This document shows positions 17,509-28,224 of a stretch of DNA of 64,000 nucleotides, piece by piece; the stretch's first letter is position 1; each line of letters opens with the position of its first letter. The stretch comes from Nitrospirales bacterium (GTDB lineage: Bacteria; Nitrospirota; Nitrospiria; Nitrospirales; UBA8639), in contig OY843588.1 in the NCBI GenBank assembly GCA_963692935.1, forward strand, positions 1,699,989 through 1,763,988. The letters are read 5' to 3'. A program made the translations under genes and the position numbers. The notes under the pieces are model-generated. The model made no database searches, was not told where the DNA came from, and saw only the letters and a list, made by a program, of their open reading frames with translations.

Positions 17509-19758
17509 TCATTCATGCAACGCATTCAACGCCGACCCGGCCCGGAACCATGCGAGTTGCTGCTCGGTCATGCTGTGACAGGCTTGAATCGTCCGCTCGC
17601 TCCCGTCTTTTTTAGAAAACGTCACGGACACGGGTTTCCCCGGCGCCAACGCACGAAGACCCGTCACACTCACACGATCGTCCTGTTCAATGTGATCGTA
17701 ATCGGCGGGGTTCGCAAACGTGAGGGGAAGAATGCCCTGCTTCTTCAGATTCGTTTCATGAATGCGGGCAAAGCTCTTGACCAGGACGGCTTTCACGCCC
17801 AGAAAACGCGGCGACATGGCCGCATGTTCGCGGCTGCTTCCTTCGCCGTAATTCTCATCGCCGACGACAAACGAGCCTATACCCTTGCTTTTATAATCGC
17901 GGGCAATGGCCGCCATGGACAGATCCGATTCCCCCGTCAACACGTTGGTGCCTTTCCCCGTTTCCCCGGACCAGGCATTGTTCGCGCCCAGGAACATATT
18001 GTCGCTGATCCTGTCCAGATGCCCGCGAAATTTGAGCCAGGGGCCGGCTGGCGAAATATGATCCGTCGTGGTTTTTCCTTTTGTCTTGAGTAGCATCGGC
18101 AACTTGTCGAAATCGTTGCCGTCCCATTTGGGAAAGGGTTGCAACAACTGCAAGCGCTCGCTGTCGGGAGGCAGGTTAATCTCCACTCCGTCCCCATTCT
18201 CCGCCGGCACAATGAAGCCCTCTTTCCCGCTGGCAAACCCCTTCGCCGGCAATTCATCGCCCTGCGGCGGTTCGAGTTTGAAGGTTGTGCCATCCGGTGC
18301 GGGCAGGGTATCGCGCAGGGGATTGAATGCCAGGTTCCCTGACAGGGCATAGGCGGCAACCAGTTCGGGACTCGCCAGAAAGGACAGGGTATCGGGGATG
18401 CCGTCGTTGCGACCGGGGAAATTCCGGTTAAAGGTACTGACAATGGAATCCGCGCGCCCCTTGCGGCCGTCCGCCCGTTTCCACTGACCGATACACGGCC
18501 CGCAGGCATTGGCCAGCACGGTCGCGCCCAACGCTTCCAGCGTATCCAGAAACCCGTCGCGTTTCATGGTGTGAAAAATCCGCTCCGATCCAGGCGACAC
18601 CAGAAAGGCGGTTTTGGCTTTCACCCCCGCTTTCAACCCCTGGCGCGCAATATGGGCGGCCCGGCCAATGTCTTCATAGGAAGAATTTGTGCAACTGCCC
18701 AACAACGTCGCTTTCAACTCCACGGGATACCCTTTTCCTTTGGCTTCGGCCGCCAACTGGGAAACGGGTCTGGCCAGATCCGGCGAATGTGGCCCTACGA
18801 CATGCGGTTCCAGGGTGGACAGATCAATCTCCAGAATCTCGTCGAAATACTTCTCCGGCGACTGATACACCTCGGGGTCGGCCACCAGCATCTCCTTGTG
18901 GGTCATCGCCAGCCGGGCGATCTCGTCCCTCTCCGTGATCTTGAGATAGTCCACCATCTTCTGGTCAAAGGGAAACACCGACGTGGTCGCGCCCAGTTCC
19001 GCGCCCATGTTGGTAATCGTCCCCTTTCCCGTCGCGCTGATGGTGGCCGCGCCCGGGCCAAAATATTCGACGATTTTATTGGTGCCACCTTTGACCGTCA
19101 GTTTGCCGCAAATATACAGAATCACGTCTTTGGGGGAGGCCCAGCCATTCAACTTGCCGGTCAGCTTCACGCCGATCAGTTTGGGATGCAACACTTCCCA
19201 CGGCAACCCGGCCATCACCTCGCCGGCATCGGCCCCGCCGACACCAATGGCCAGCATACCCAACCCGCCGCCATTCGGCGTGTGGGAATCGGTGCCGATC
19301 ATCAACCCGCCCGGGAAGGCGTAATTTTCCAGCACCACCTGGTGAATAATGCCGGCTCCCGGCTTCCAGAAACCAATGCCGTATTTCCTGGCGGCGGATT
19401 CTAAAAAATTATAGACCTCCCGGTTTTCCTGATTGGCCACCATGAGGTCTTTTTCGGACCCCATCTCCGCCCGAATCAAATGATCGCAGTGAATCGTACT
19501 CGGCACGGCGACCTGTTTCTTCCCGGCCTGGATAAACTGCAACATCGCCATCTGGGCGGTGGCATCCTGCATCGCCACCCGGTCGGGACGCAGCGACAAC
19601 ATGGCTTTCCCCCGCTCCCATGCCTGGGTTTCGAGGTTGTCGGCATGGGTGACCAGAATTTTTTCGGCCCAGGTCAATCCGCGACCCAGCTTCTTGCGAG
19701 CCGTTTCCACGGCGGCGGGCATGACATCATACATTTTTTTGACCAGTTCAATTGACAT
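17509..19758 (-). CDS. acn: Aconitate hydratase (about 750-aa mitochondrial-type aconitase)
   Basis: 749 aa. Diagnostic blocks are RPDRVAMQDATAQM, IHCDHLI, GTDSHTPNGGG, SCTNSS and NACGPCIGQW. Confidence 0.93.
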   Translation of the reverse strand: MSIELVKKMYDVMPAAVETARKKLGRGLTWAEKILVTHADNLETQAWERGKAMLSLRPDRVAMQDATAQMAMLQFIQAGKKQVAVPSTIHCDHLIRAEMGSEKDLMVANQENREVYNFLESAARKYGIGFWKPGAGIIHQVVLENYAFPGGLMIGTDSHTPNGGGLGMLAIGVGGADAGEVMAGLPWEVLHPKLIGVKLTGKLNGWASPKDVILYICGKLTVKGGTNKIVEYFGPGAATISATGKGTITNMGAELGATTSVFPFDQKMVDYLKITERDEIARLAMTHKEMLVADPEVYQSPEKYFDEILEIDLSTLEPHVVGPHSPDLARPVSQLAAEAKGKGYPVELKATLLGSCTNSSYEDIGRAAHIARQGLKAGVKAKTAFLVSPGSERIFHTMKRDGFLDTLEALGATVLANACGPCIGQWKRADGRKGRADSIVSTFNRNFPGRNDGIPDTLSFLASPELVAAYALSGNLAFNPLRDTLPAPDGTTFKLEPPQGDELPAKGFASGKEGFIVPAENGDGVEINLPPDSERLQLLQPFPKWDGNDFDKLPMLLKTKGKTTTDHISPAGPWLKFRGHLDRISDNMFLGANNAWSGETGKGTNVLTGESDLSMAAIARDYKSKGIGSFVVGDENYGEGSSREHAAMSPRFLGVKAVLVKSFARIHETNLKKQGILPLTFANPADYDHIEQDDRVSVTGLRALAPGKPVSVTFSKKDGSERTIQACHSMTEQQLAWFRAGSALNALHE

Positions 19759-19847
19759 GAGACATTCTCCGTTTGGGGGTTAGGCCCGACACTGCTGTCT
19801 TCGACCCTGCCGACTCCGGGCCGGGGGTACCGACAGTCTGCGGCCGG

Positions 19848-21674
19848 TTATGGCAAAGGCGGCACATCCCGACGACGGGGTGACGCGTACTGCACGAGAT
19901 AGTTAAACAACCGGATGAGCCGGCTACCCTGGCGTTTTTGATCGGTCCAGTGGCCGATGAGTCCAATGGTTCTGGCCAGAAGGAAAAACCCGTTCAGGCT
20001 GTCCACGGGGAATCCAATATCCACCAGGACGGCCGCCATGGCCCCGTCAACATTCAGAATCAGATTATCCTTCTTGGCCGATGTGACCGTTTCGACCTGC
20101 AAGGCAAAATCCAGATGCGGCGTGGGAATGCCCAGACGTTTGACGTGTCCCACCAGTTCTTTCACTCGGGTATCGGGATTCCGCAGGCTCTTCACCCGAT
20201 GACCGATCCCCGGCACCGGCCCCACGTTTTTCTTCATATGCGCAAGAAATTCATCCACGGACATGGTGTGATCAACGGCATATTTGAAATACCGGCCCGC
20301 GTCGGTGACCGCCCCGCCAAACCGCGGCCCGATCATGATCAACCCGGCCGCCACGGCTTGCGACAACCCGATACCGGCACATGCCGCAATGATGGTGGTC
20401 AACGCTCCACTGACACAGGGGCCATGATCGGCTGACAGAATGATAATCCGCCTGATGATTTCGGCCTCGTCCTTGCCAATCAGTCGTTTATCCCACAGAA
20501 GCCCGATGACATGGGGAATGTCATACCCTTTATTGATAAGCTCGGAAGCCGGATACCCTTCATACAGGGGTTCGTCGCCCCGATCATCGCTGATGGTGGA
20601 GCGAATCAGCGGGACAACCAGCACATCGCCGTCCTTTACGCTCTGTTCGACGGTTCGGGGCAGACGGGGTTTTTCCGCGTCACTCAACTCAGGAATCGGC
20701 TTCACGGCGCCGGACGCGAGCAACGTGTCATAGGTGGATCGTATCGCCGGCCCCAGGGCACCAAATGTATCGGGCACAATCGCGCCGGACGCCTTCAGGG
20801 CATCTGATTTCGCTCGGGCCGACCCTTCTCCCTGAAGCCCTTCCTTGGCCCCCGCATGACCAAATTTCATTCCCCTGGGCAGGCTTTCCTGACAAAAACC
20901 GGACACGACGGCCAGGAGTGTAATCCGGCGTTTTTTCGCGCCGTACCATTCAGCCGCGCGCTCCTCCAGATCGCCGCCCATCTCGCCGACAATGATCACG
21001 GCTTTGGTCTGCGGATCCTGTTCGAACATTTCGAGGTACGAGACATAATCCGTTCCCGGGTAGGCATCCCCGCCAATACCAATCGCGGTGGTGATACCAT
21101 CGGCGAACTGCGAACAAATCCAGACGATTTCATTCGACAGCCCACCGGATTTGGTAATCACCCCAAAGGAGCCAGGACGATAGAGCTTGCAGGCCACCAG
21201 GTTATCAAACGCCCCGCCGATCACGCCCAACCGGCATTCCCCCGCCGACAGGATGCCGATGGAGGAAGGCCCATTAAATATTTTCCCAAGTTTGCGTGCG
21301 TGCCGACCGAGGAGTTTGGCATCTTTTTCGGGCACGCCTTCCGTGATCATGGACACCACCTTCACGTGCGGATCGTCCAGCGCTTCCCGTGCCCCGTTCG
21401 AGGCCCGGTCCGCACCAATGTAGACCAGGCTGGTGTTGATTTCCGGATGGTGTGCGGTCGCTTCGGCAACGGTTTTGTACACCGGAACCAGGACGGGCTG
21501 GTTCCCGCATACGATTTCATTCGTCTTGCCCGCATCCGGAGGATAGACAAACGCGGATACGTTTAAGGGTTGTTGAATCATGTGCCGGAACTCGGCCATG
21601 CGGCGAGCCGCGTTGCCCCCCGCCACACCGCCCTGGATCACGACATGCGTATCTTTTTTCGCCAGAATGCTCAT
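19848..21674 (-). CDS. aclA: ATP-citrate lyase alpha subunit (CoA-ligase plus citrate-synthase-like domains)
   Basis: 608 aa. The phosphohistidine region reads MKFGHAGA. The C-terminal citryl-CoA lyase-like part contains LSADHGPCVSGA and VPGIGHRVKS. Confidence 0.9.
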   Translation of the reverse strand: MSILAKKDTHVVIQGGVAGGNAARRMAEFRHMIQQPLNVSAFVYPPDAGKTNEIVCGNQPVLVPVYKTVAEATAHHPEINTSLVYIGADRASNGAREALDDPHVKVVSMITEGVPEKDAKLLGRHARKLGKIFNGPSSIGILSAGECRLGVIGGAFDNLVACKLYRPGSFGVITKSGGLSNEIVWICSQFADGITTAIGIGGDAYPGTDYVSYLEMFEQDPQTKAVIIVGEMGGDLEERAAEWYGAKKRRITLLAVVSGFCQESLPRGMKFGHAGAKEGLQGEGSARAKSDALKASGAIVPDTFGALGPAIRSTYDTLLASGAVKPIPELSDAEKPRLPRTVEQSVKDGDVLVVPLIRSTISDDRGDEPLYEGYPASELINKGYDIPHVIGLLWDKRLIGKDEAEIIRRIIILSADHGPCVSGALTTIIAACAGIGLSQAVAAGLIMIGPRFGGAVTDAGRYFKYAVDHTMSVDEFLAHMKKNVGPVPGIGHRVKSLRNPDTRVKELVGHVKRLGIPTPHLDFALQVETVTSAKKDNLILNVDGAMAAVLVDIGFPVDSLNGFFLLARTIGLIGHWTDQKRQGSRLIRLFNYLVQYASPRRRDVPPLP

Positions 21675-21728
21675 TGAATACTCCTCACACTCAATCCCAC
21701 ACGCAGATTTACGATTGTCACGATTCCG

Positions 21729-22924
21729 TCAATGTTTGGTCAGCGCCATATCCACGATGTCCGTCAACGGCGTATGACGATCAAACACTTCAATATCAAA
21801 GCCCTCATCCTTCAATGCGCTCATAGCCGCAAGCCCTTCCTTTTCATTCGGCCCGCCGCGTCGTACCCAGATTTTCACACCGCGCAGTTTGTTCTCAGCC
21901 TGCGCTTTGCGAAACGCGTTGATAATGCCCCCGAAGGTCTTTTTCACATCGGTGAAATTGGCAATGGCGCCGCCGACGATGATGTGCTTGATCCCGGGCA
22001 GGGAACAGATTTTTTCCGTCAGGACTTCGACAGCCCAATCGGGCGGATCACCGGAATACTCGGCATAATTGGCCAACGTGCCGCCGCGAGCCACCACCGC
22101 ATCCGAGTAATACACACTGGCCCCACCACCAGCGGGAAGCATCGCCACGTTGCCCCCCGGAATTTCGATAAACTTGACCGACCCTTTCACCTTCGCATCC
22201 ACGGCCATGACTTCTTCTTCATTGTTCGTATAAGCACGGCCGAATTCGGCGGCAAAGGGGAACGTCCAGTCCGGATGCCGGAATTTGGCGTCCCCATCCA
22301 ACAGTGTCACAGCATCAAGTGCGACCAGTTCACCGGCGGCATTCTGCACAACGGGGTTGATCTCCAGATACTGTGCATCTTCATTGTCAAAACAGAGAAA
22401 CAGCTTCCTGGCAAAATCGGCCACTTTGGCGACCAACGCACCGGAAAATCCTGCGTCTTTGGCCAGCTTCTTCAGGTCGGCTTCGGCTGGCGTCTCCCCC
22501 ATTTCGACGGCAAGCCGTTTCACGCGATCCCAGTTGGATTCCACTTCGACCCCGCCGCAGTTGGCGACCATGATCTCGGCGCCATCCCGTGTTGACTTCA
22601 CGGCAAGGTAATATTCTTCTTTATGATCGACGGCTTCGGACACAATCACTTCCCGAATGGTCAACGTTTCGACCGTCCGGCCGAGCATGTCCTTCACCGC
22701 CGCCTTAGCACCTTTGATGTCCAGCCCAACCTTGACCAGACCAAGTTTGAAACGAGAACCCAAGGCTTCGTGTGCTTTGACCACCAGCTTGCGGTTTTCA
22801 ACCAGTCATTGGCTTGAGCCAACTGATCAAATGCTTCCGAAGAACTGACCACGGCATAATGCGGAGTTTGCAGACCCCATTTTTTCAGCAAGCCCATTCC
22901 CGGACCTTCGAGTACCTTTGCCAT
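21729..22924 (-). pseudogene. aclB: ATP-citrate lyase beta subunit, split by an apparent 1-nt deletion near 22799/22800
   Basis: The N-terminal 42 codons (MAKVLEGPGMGLLKKWGLQTPHYAVV...AQANDWL) lie in the frame of ORF 22694..22924. The rest (ENRKLVVKAHEALGSRFKLGLVKVGL...) lies in the frame of ORF 21729..22784. The two frames share nucleotide g22799, so ttg|gaa has become ttgaa. Confidence 0.8.
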
Positions 22925-23314
22925 AAGATAACCTTTGTTAGTCTGAATGATACGTGACGATCAAAAATGTGGACGGGAGATTTTAATCGGAATGAACGTC
23001 GGCTGCAACCAATCGAAAGACCTAAAGCACAGAGTCACGAAAGCCCCAGACACAGGGACCATTTATCCTGTCGCACCCGTTGACCACATTGAGGAACAAT
23101 GCCGATAACCCGTTGTAAAATAACTGGTTGAGAGAGAGGCCGAATGTTGTTCCAGCGCACTTGGTTATCATCAAGTGAACCAGTCAGCTTTGGAATCTCT
23201 TGCGTCCGCATTATCGGTGTGATTCTTTCTTGCAAAAGTTACGAAAAGTGGCGTTTCATTGCCGTTGGCCCCATTCGCAACTCTTCATCGCATAGCATCA
23301 CCTCACGCCCTCCC

Positions 23315-24595
23315 TTAAAACATTTCCTTCCAGGTTCTGACCCGCACAGGGACAGCAAGCAATGCGGCCCGGAGCAGACAACTGTCGTAATAGACGGTCA
23401 ATGATCCTGTCTGCTGGTGGATCTGTCCGGCCCACAGGCCGCCGTGCACCATAATCCCGTTTCCCTCGCCACGGAGAAACAATGTGCCGGTGACGAGGAT
23501 CATCCCGTTCCATTGAACCTCGCCCTCCAGCGTGGCGTTCCCGTTCACCAGGAGTATACCCTCGCCGCTGGTATGCCGAATGCGTATTCCCGATGGCTGC
23601 GCAAACGCCTCTCCCGATGCGAGCAACACCACTGGCGCCTGAGCCGTTCCCAGCCGTTGACCGGTTTGATCCGCATTCAACGTCACCGCTCTCCTTCCAA
23701 GGGCCGTCAGTGCAGCCCCCAGGTTCAGCGCGAGGGAACCCGGGCGGGGACTCGCGGGGATTCCGTCAAACTGGATGCGAGACGTATTCGTGACCGTTCC
23801 TCCGGCAAGAACCGGCGGCAGACTGCCCACCATGCCACAGGCATCATGTCCGTTGAGAACGCCGGTCTCCCCATTGAGGCTTACGCTTCCAGACGCATAG
23901 AGCGCCCCGAGCTGGGGCGGGCCAGGAGGATGCACGATTTCTTCCTCCAGCACCACACCACCTCCCGCACGTCCTCCATGGGCTATGATCTTCTCCACCG
24001 GCAACCACGGCGTGGGCGTCGTGGTGGTGAAAGAGACGGGGACGCGACTGGTCGTTGAGGGGTACCCGAAGTAGATGACATTGCCCACGTTGCCCTTGTA
24101 ATGGCGCGAGGTGCGGCCATCCCGGTCAACATAGTGAGGCCTCGCGGGAGCATGGCCGTTACGTTCGGCATCGGATTCGGTTTTATGCCGAATCTTCACC
24201 CAGTAAGACAGATCGGTCTGCAGGCTGTTGGGTCGAACCACCGTATTGGTCGGATGGCCTGGCAGGGGAATGACGTTGGTGTGTGCAGGGACATACCCGG
24301 GATCAACGGACGGAGACCAGTCAGCCGATCCCACAATGTAGGCGGTCCACAAAGGATCGGCCCACAGACCCGCACCCCCGACAAAATACTCTGCGGTACC
24401 CTGCGCTTTCCACAAACGCGCGCGCGCCTCGGCCAGACCGGCCTCGGCGGCATAAAAATCCTGCACCGTCCGCTTATAGTGTCCGCTGATCTGGACCTCC
24501 GTTGAGGTGGTTTGCAGCACAGTCGCCGTCACGATGCCCACCACGGCCACCAGCAACAGCGCGGCTACCAGTACAACGCCACCGTTCTGCTTCAT
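23315..24595 (-). CDS. PilX-like type IV pilus minor component
   Basis: The N-terminus from the ATG at 24595 reads MKQNGGVVLVAALLLVAVVGIVTATVLQTTSTEVQISGHYKRTVQDFYAAEAGLAEA, a typical PilX N-terminal domain. The ORF track starts 51 codons earlier. Confidence 0.65.
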   Translation of the reverse strand: MKQNGGVVLVAALLLVAVVGIVTATVLQTTSTEVQISGHYKRTVQDFYAAEAGLAEARARLWKAQGTAEYFVGGAGLWADPLWTAYIVGSADWSPSVDPGYVPAHTNVIPLPGHPTNTVVRPNSLQTDLSYWVKIRHKTESDAERNGHAPARPHYVDRDGRTSRHYKGNVGNVIYFGYPSTTSRVPVSFTTTTPTPWLPVEKIIAHGGRAGGGVVLEEEIVHPPGPPQLGALYASGSVSLNGETGVLNGHDACGMVGSLPPVLAGGTVTNTSRIQFDGIPASPRPGSLALNLGAALTALGRRAVTLNADQTGQRLGTAQAPVVLLASGEAFAQPSGIRIRHTSGEGILLVNGNATLEGEVQWNGMILVTGTLFLRGEGNGIMVHGGLWAGQIHQQTGSLTVYYDSCLLRAALLAVPVRVRTWKEMF

Positions 24596-24884
24596 TGTCC
24601 CGCACACGGTTGCATGGGCAATCATGACACAGGCACCGCGCCCGTGGCCCCCTCGGGACACGGGAAAACATGCGCGTGGGTGCGGGCATTCCTGTGCCCT
24701 GTTTGCCCACATTCGCCCGTGCCGTGCTGGTCCTTTTGTTCTTGACAATCTGGGGCTTTCGGTCGGTTGCGTCGCATGACGGTTCTCTCTAAAATGTTCG
24801 CTTTCGTGTTGGGCGGTATCGGATTATCCTTACCACACATTTTGGGTTTTGTCTGTTCTTCGACAACCTGCAAGGGGGACCATC

Positions 24885-27119
24885 ATGTCTGTAGAACCGG
24901 ATATTATTTACACAAAAGTTGACGAAGCTCCTGAACTGGCGAGTGGCTCGTTTCTGCCTGTGATCCAGGCCTTTGCCAAAACGGCGGATGTGATCATTGG
25001 CAGAAAAGATATTTCACTGGCCGGTCGCATCATTGCGCAATTTCCCGACAACCTGAAGCCGGCACAACGGCAACCCGATGACCTCGCCTTCCTGGGAACA
25101 CTGGTAGAGAAACCGGAAGCCAATGTGATCAAGCTGCCGAATATCAGCGCCTCGATTCCTCAAATCAAAGCCGCCGTGGCCGAATTGCAAGCCCAGGGAT
25201 ATGCCATTCCCGACTACCCGGAAGATCCCAAAACGGATCAGGAGAAAGCCATCAAAGCCAAATTTGACAAGGTGAAAGGTAGCGCGGTCAACCCTGTGCT
25301 GCGGCAAGGCAATTCCGACCGCCGGGCCTCCGCCTCCGTGAAACAATATGCCCAAAATAATCCGCACAAGATGGGAACATGGGCCAGGGATTCTCAAACA
25401 CACGTGGCGCACATGAACGAGGGCGATTTTCGCGCGAATGAAGTGTCCGCCACGATCACCGGACACACCGCCGGAACGGGCCGCATCGAATTTGTGGCGG
25501 AAGACGGGAGTATCCGGAAACTGAAGGATAAGCTGTCTCTGAACGAAGGCGATGTGGTTGATGCGACCATGATGAGCCGCCGGGCATTACGTCAATTCCT
25601 GAAAGAGCAGATACGCGACACCGGCAAGCAGGGCGTCCTGTTATCGCTGCACATGAAAGCCACCATGATGAAAGTCTCGGATCCGATCATTTTCGGGCAC
25701 GCGGTCACGGTGTATTTTGAAGACGTGTTCACGAAACATGACGCCGTCCTGACACAACTCGGCGTCAATCCCAATAACGGGCTGGGCGATGTGTATGCCA
25801 AAATCGGCGTCCTGCCTGCCGCTCAACAGGACGCCATCAAAGCGGACATTGCCGCCGCGCTGAAGAACGGGCCGGACCTCGCCATGGTGGACTCCGACAA
25901 AGGCATCACGAACTTCCACGTGCCCAGCGATATTATTATTGACGCATCCATGGCCGCGGCGCTTCGAAGCTCCGGGAAAATGTGGGGGGCCGATGGCAAG
26001 GAACATGACACCAAAGCGATGATCCCGGACAGGAGTTATGCCGGCATTTATCAGGCCGTCGTTGATTTCTGTCGCGAGCACGACGCATTTAATCCGGCCA
26101 CGATGGGCAGTGTGCCCAACGTGGGGCTTATGGCACAAAAAGCTGAGGAATACGGGTCGCACGACAAAACCTTTGAGGCGCCGGACAAGGGCACCATCCG
26201 CATCATGGATGGAGCCGGCAAGGTTCTGCATCAACACCACGTCGAAAAAGACGATATCTGGCGCGCGTGTCAGACCACAGACATCGCGGTGAAAGACTGG
26301 GTCAAGCTGGCCGTCAATCGTGCGCGAAACTCTTCGACCCCGGTGGTGTTCTGGTTGGATAAGACGAGAGCCCATGACGTGCAGATCCTGGAAAAAGTGC
26401 ATCGTTATCTGAAAGATCACGAGACCGGGGGCCTGGATATTCAGATGATGGCGCCGGTGGAGGCGATGAAGCACACGCTCCAACGGGCCAAAGACGGGCA
26501 CAACACCATTGCCGCGACAGGGAACGTGTTGCGGGATTACCTCACCGACCTGTTTCCCATCCTGGAACTGGGCACCAGTGCCAAGATGCTCTCCATCGTG
26601 CCCCTCATTCGCGGCGGCGGATTATTTGAAACAGGCGCCGGCGGTTCAGCCCCGAAACATGTGCAACAGTTTCTCAAAGAAGGGCATCTGCGATGGGATT
26701 CTCTTGGCGAATTCCTCGCGTTGGCGGAATCCTTTGCCCACCTGGGCCGCACCCGTGGCAATAAAAAAGCGCAAGTCCTTGCGGAGACCCTGGACCGCGC
26801 CACGGGCACACTCATGGAAAACCGCAACGCGCCCGGGCGAGTACTCGGCGAACTGGATAACGCTGGAAGCCATGTCTATGAAGCGTTGTACTGGGCACAG
26901 GAGCTGGCCGCGCAAAATGACGATCCGGCGTTAAAGCAGAAATTTGCTCCGGTGGCACAAGCGCTCGCGGACAAACTCAACCAGATTCTCGACGAGCTGA
27001 AAGCTGCGAAAGGCAAGCCGATGGACATCGGCGGGTACTACCACCCCGATCTGGCACGGGTCAAAACCGCAATGCGGCCGAGTGCGACCTTCAACGCCAT
27101 TCTGGACGGTCTGGGATGA
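24885..27119 (+). CDS. icd: Monomeric NADP-dependent isocitrate dehydrogenase (about 740 aa type)
   Basis: The sequence starts [20 protein letters not shown], followed by [17 protein letters not shown] ribosome-binding site lies upstream of the ATG at 24885. Confidence 0.92.
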   Translation: MSVEPDIIYTKVDEAPELASGSFLPVIQAFAKTADVIIGRKDISLAGRIIAQFPDNLKPAQRQPDDLAFLGTLVEKPEANVIKLPNISASIPQIKAAVAELQAQGYAIPDYPEDPKTDQEKAIKAKFDKVKGSAVNPVLRQGNSDRRASASVKQYAQNNPHKMGTWARDSQTHVAHMNEGDFRANEVSATITGHTAGTGRIEFVAEDGSIRKLKDKLSLNEGDVVDATMMSRRALRQFLKEQIRDTGKQGVLLSLHMKATMMKVSDPIIFGHAVTVYFEDVFTKHDAVLTQLGVNPNNGLGDVYAKIGVLPAAQQDAIKADIAAALKNGPDLAMVDSDKGITNFHVPSDIIIDASMAAALRSSGKMWGADGKEHDTKAMIPDRSYAGIYQAVVDFCREHDAFNPATMGSVPNVGLMAQKAEEYGSHDKTFEAPDKGTIRIMDGAGKVLHQHHVEKDDIWRACQTTDIAVKDWVKLAVNRARNSSTPVVFWLDKTRAHDVQILEKVHRYLKDHETGGLDIQMMAPVEAMKHTLQRAKDGHNTIAATGNVLRDYLTDLFPILELGTSAKMLSIVPLIRGGGLFETGAGGSAPKHVQQFLKEGHLRWDSLGEFLALAESFAHLGRTRGNKKAQVLAETLDRATGTLMENRNAPGRVLGELDNAGSHVYEALYWAQELAAQNDDPALKQKFAPVAQALADKLNQILDELKAAKGKPMDIGGYYHPDLARVKTAMRPSATFNAILDGLG

Positions 27120-27157
27120 GTGGGGAATCGCAATAACAGACAGAAAAGGAATACAGC

Positions 27158-28177
27158 ATGGCAGAAAATATCAATTGCTTTGTCTTTCGCACAGATAGCA
27201 ACGCTTTCGTCAAGAAAGAATTGCGAGAAGGTCGCTTACGCCAGGGTTGGTCGCCCCAAGGCACATCTCTGGTGAATGCCACGACAGGCAATGTGCGTGA
27301 AAGAGATGAATGGAAGCAAGCATACAAGGATGCTTGGCAGGAAGACCCAAGCCCCAGGCGTTATGGTTTATTGCGCCGTATGTTGGATATGAAGAAGGGG
27401 GATCTGGTTTTTTGCCCCAAAGTTCCAGAGGAGGATTGCTTCACAATTGTCACAGTGAGCGAGAAATATCGATTTGAAATGGCTCCAGGCAAGTGTGATT
27501 TTGGGCACATCATTCCCGTAGAAAAAAACCAGACAGTGGTCAAAAACTGGGATAACGTCGATGCCCGGACGATCCATGAGTTGTTCGACAGCGCTTATTT
27601 CTGGTCACCGGTTACCCAGATTCAAGACCACAAGAGAGAACGCGTGCTTAAAGCAACGAAACAGTTACTGGAAAACAAGAATAAGCTCGACACGCAGCCT
27701 CAAGACCGTAGTGGCATCAGGGAACAACGTTTCGCAATGGCTAGACAAAACGCCTCGGAATTCTTAATGAAATTGGTCAATGAAAGCTGGGGGCATGACC
27801 AGTTTGAGGACACCGTAAGAGTAGCCTTCGAGGAAAAAGGATATGAGCACATCTCAAGCAAAAATTTTCAGAAAGGAGGTGCAGATGCAGATCATGTGTT
27901 CGTACTTCCCGTGCCAGGCTTTAAAAACTTGGATGTAGTGCCGATCCCTCGATATCTCCTCCTTGTCCAAGTTAAGCACAAACAGGGTGAGGACCCGGAA
28001 GATCGTAAAGGGGTGGAGCAACTGATCAAATGGAAGCCGACCAATGACGAAGATCAAGTGGCATACAGGATATTGTTCAGTAGCGCACCGTCTTTCACCG
28101 AGCAGTGCAAAAATCTCGCGGAGACGCACAACGTCTTGCTGCTATGCGGTCTAGACGCCGGTTTGTTCTTACTCTGA
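27158..28177 (+). CDS. Mrr-like PD-(D/E)xK nuclease with an uncharacterised ~170-aa N-terminal domain (type IV restriction candidate)
   Basis: 339 aa. The C-terminal core reads FEDTVRVAFEEKGYEH...GGADADHVFVL...LLLVQVKHK (E...D...QxK). The N-terminal domain contains GRLRQGWS and KKGDLVFCP and looks like a PUA/EVE-type reader module, but that assignment is tentative. A hand-counted line is about 40% GC. Confidence 0.6.
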   Translation: MAENINCFVFRTDSNAFVKKELREGRLRQGWSPQGTSLVNATTGNVRERDEWKQAYKDAWQEDPSPRRYGLLRRMLDMKKGDLVFCPKVPEEDCFTIVTVSEKYRFEMAPGKCDFGHIIPVEKNQTVVKNWDNVDARTIHELFDSAYFWSPVTQIQDHKRERVLKATKQLLENKNKLDTQPQDRSGIREQRFAMARQNASEFLMKLVNESWGHDQFEDTVRVAFEEKGYEHISSKNFQKGGADADHVFVLPVPGFKNLDVVPIPRYLLLVQVKHKQGEDPEDRKGVEQLIKWKPTNDEDQVAYRILFSSAPSFTEQCKNLAETHNVLLLCGLDAGLFLL

Positions 28178-28224
28178 AGTCCGCACCGAAACTCTCACCG
28201 AGCTTCGCGCGTCTCCGACACGCC

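Noticed and set aside
22795-22810. Programmed ribosomal frameshifting as an explanation for the split aclB
   Set aside because: A -1 shift would be required, but there is no X-XXY-YYZ slippery heptamer and no obvious downstream structure. A single-base indel in a GG/AAAA context is the simpler explanation, although I cannot exclude recoding from the sequence alone.
23035-23235. 66-aa minus-strand ORF upstream of aclB
   Set aside because: It has no ribosome-binding site or motifs and lies in the AT-richer acl promoter region. It is more likely non-coding regulatory DNA.
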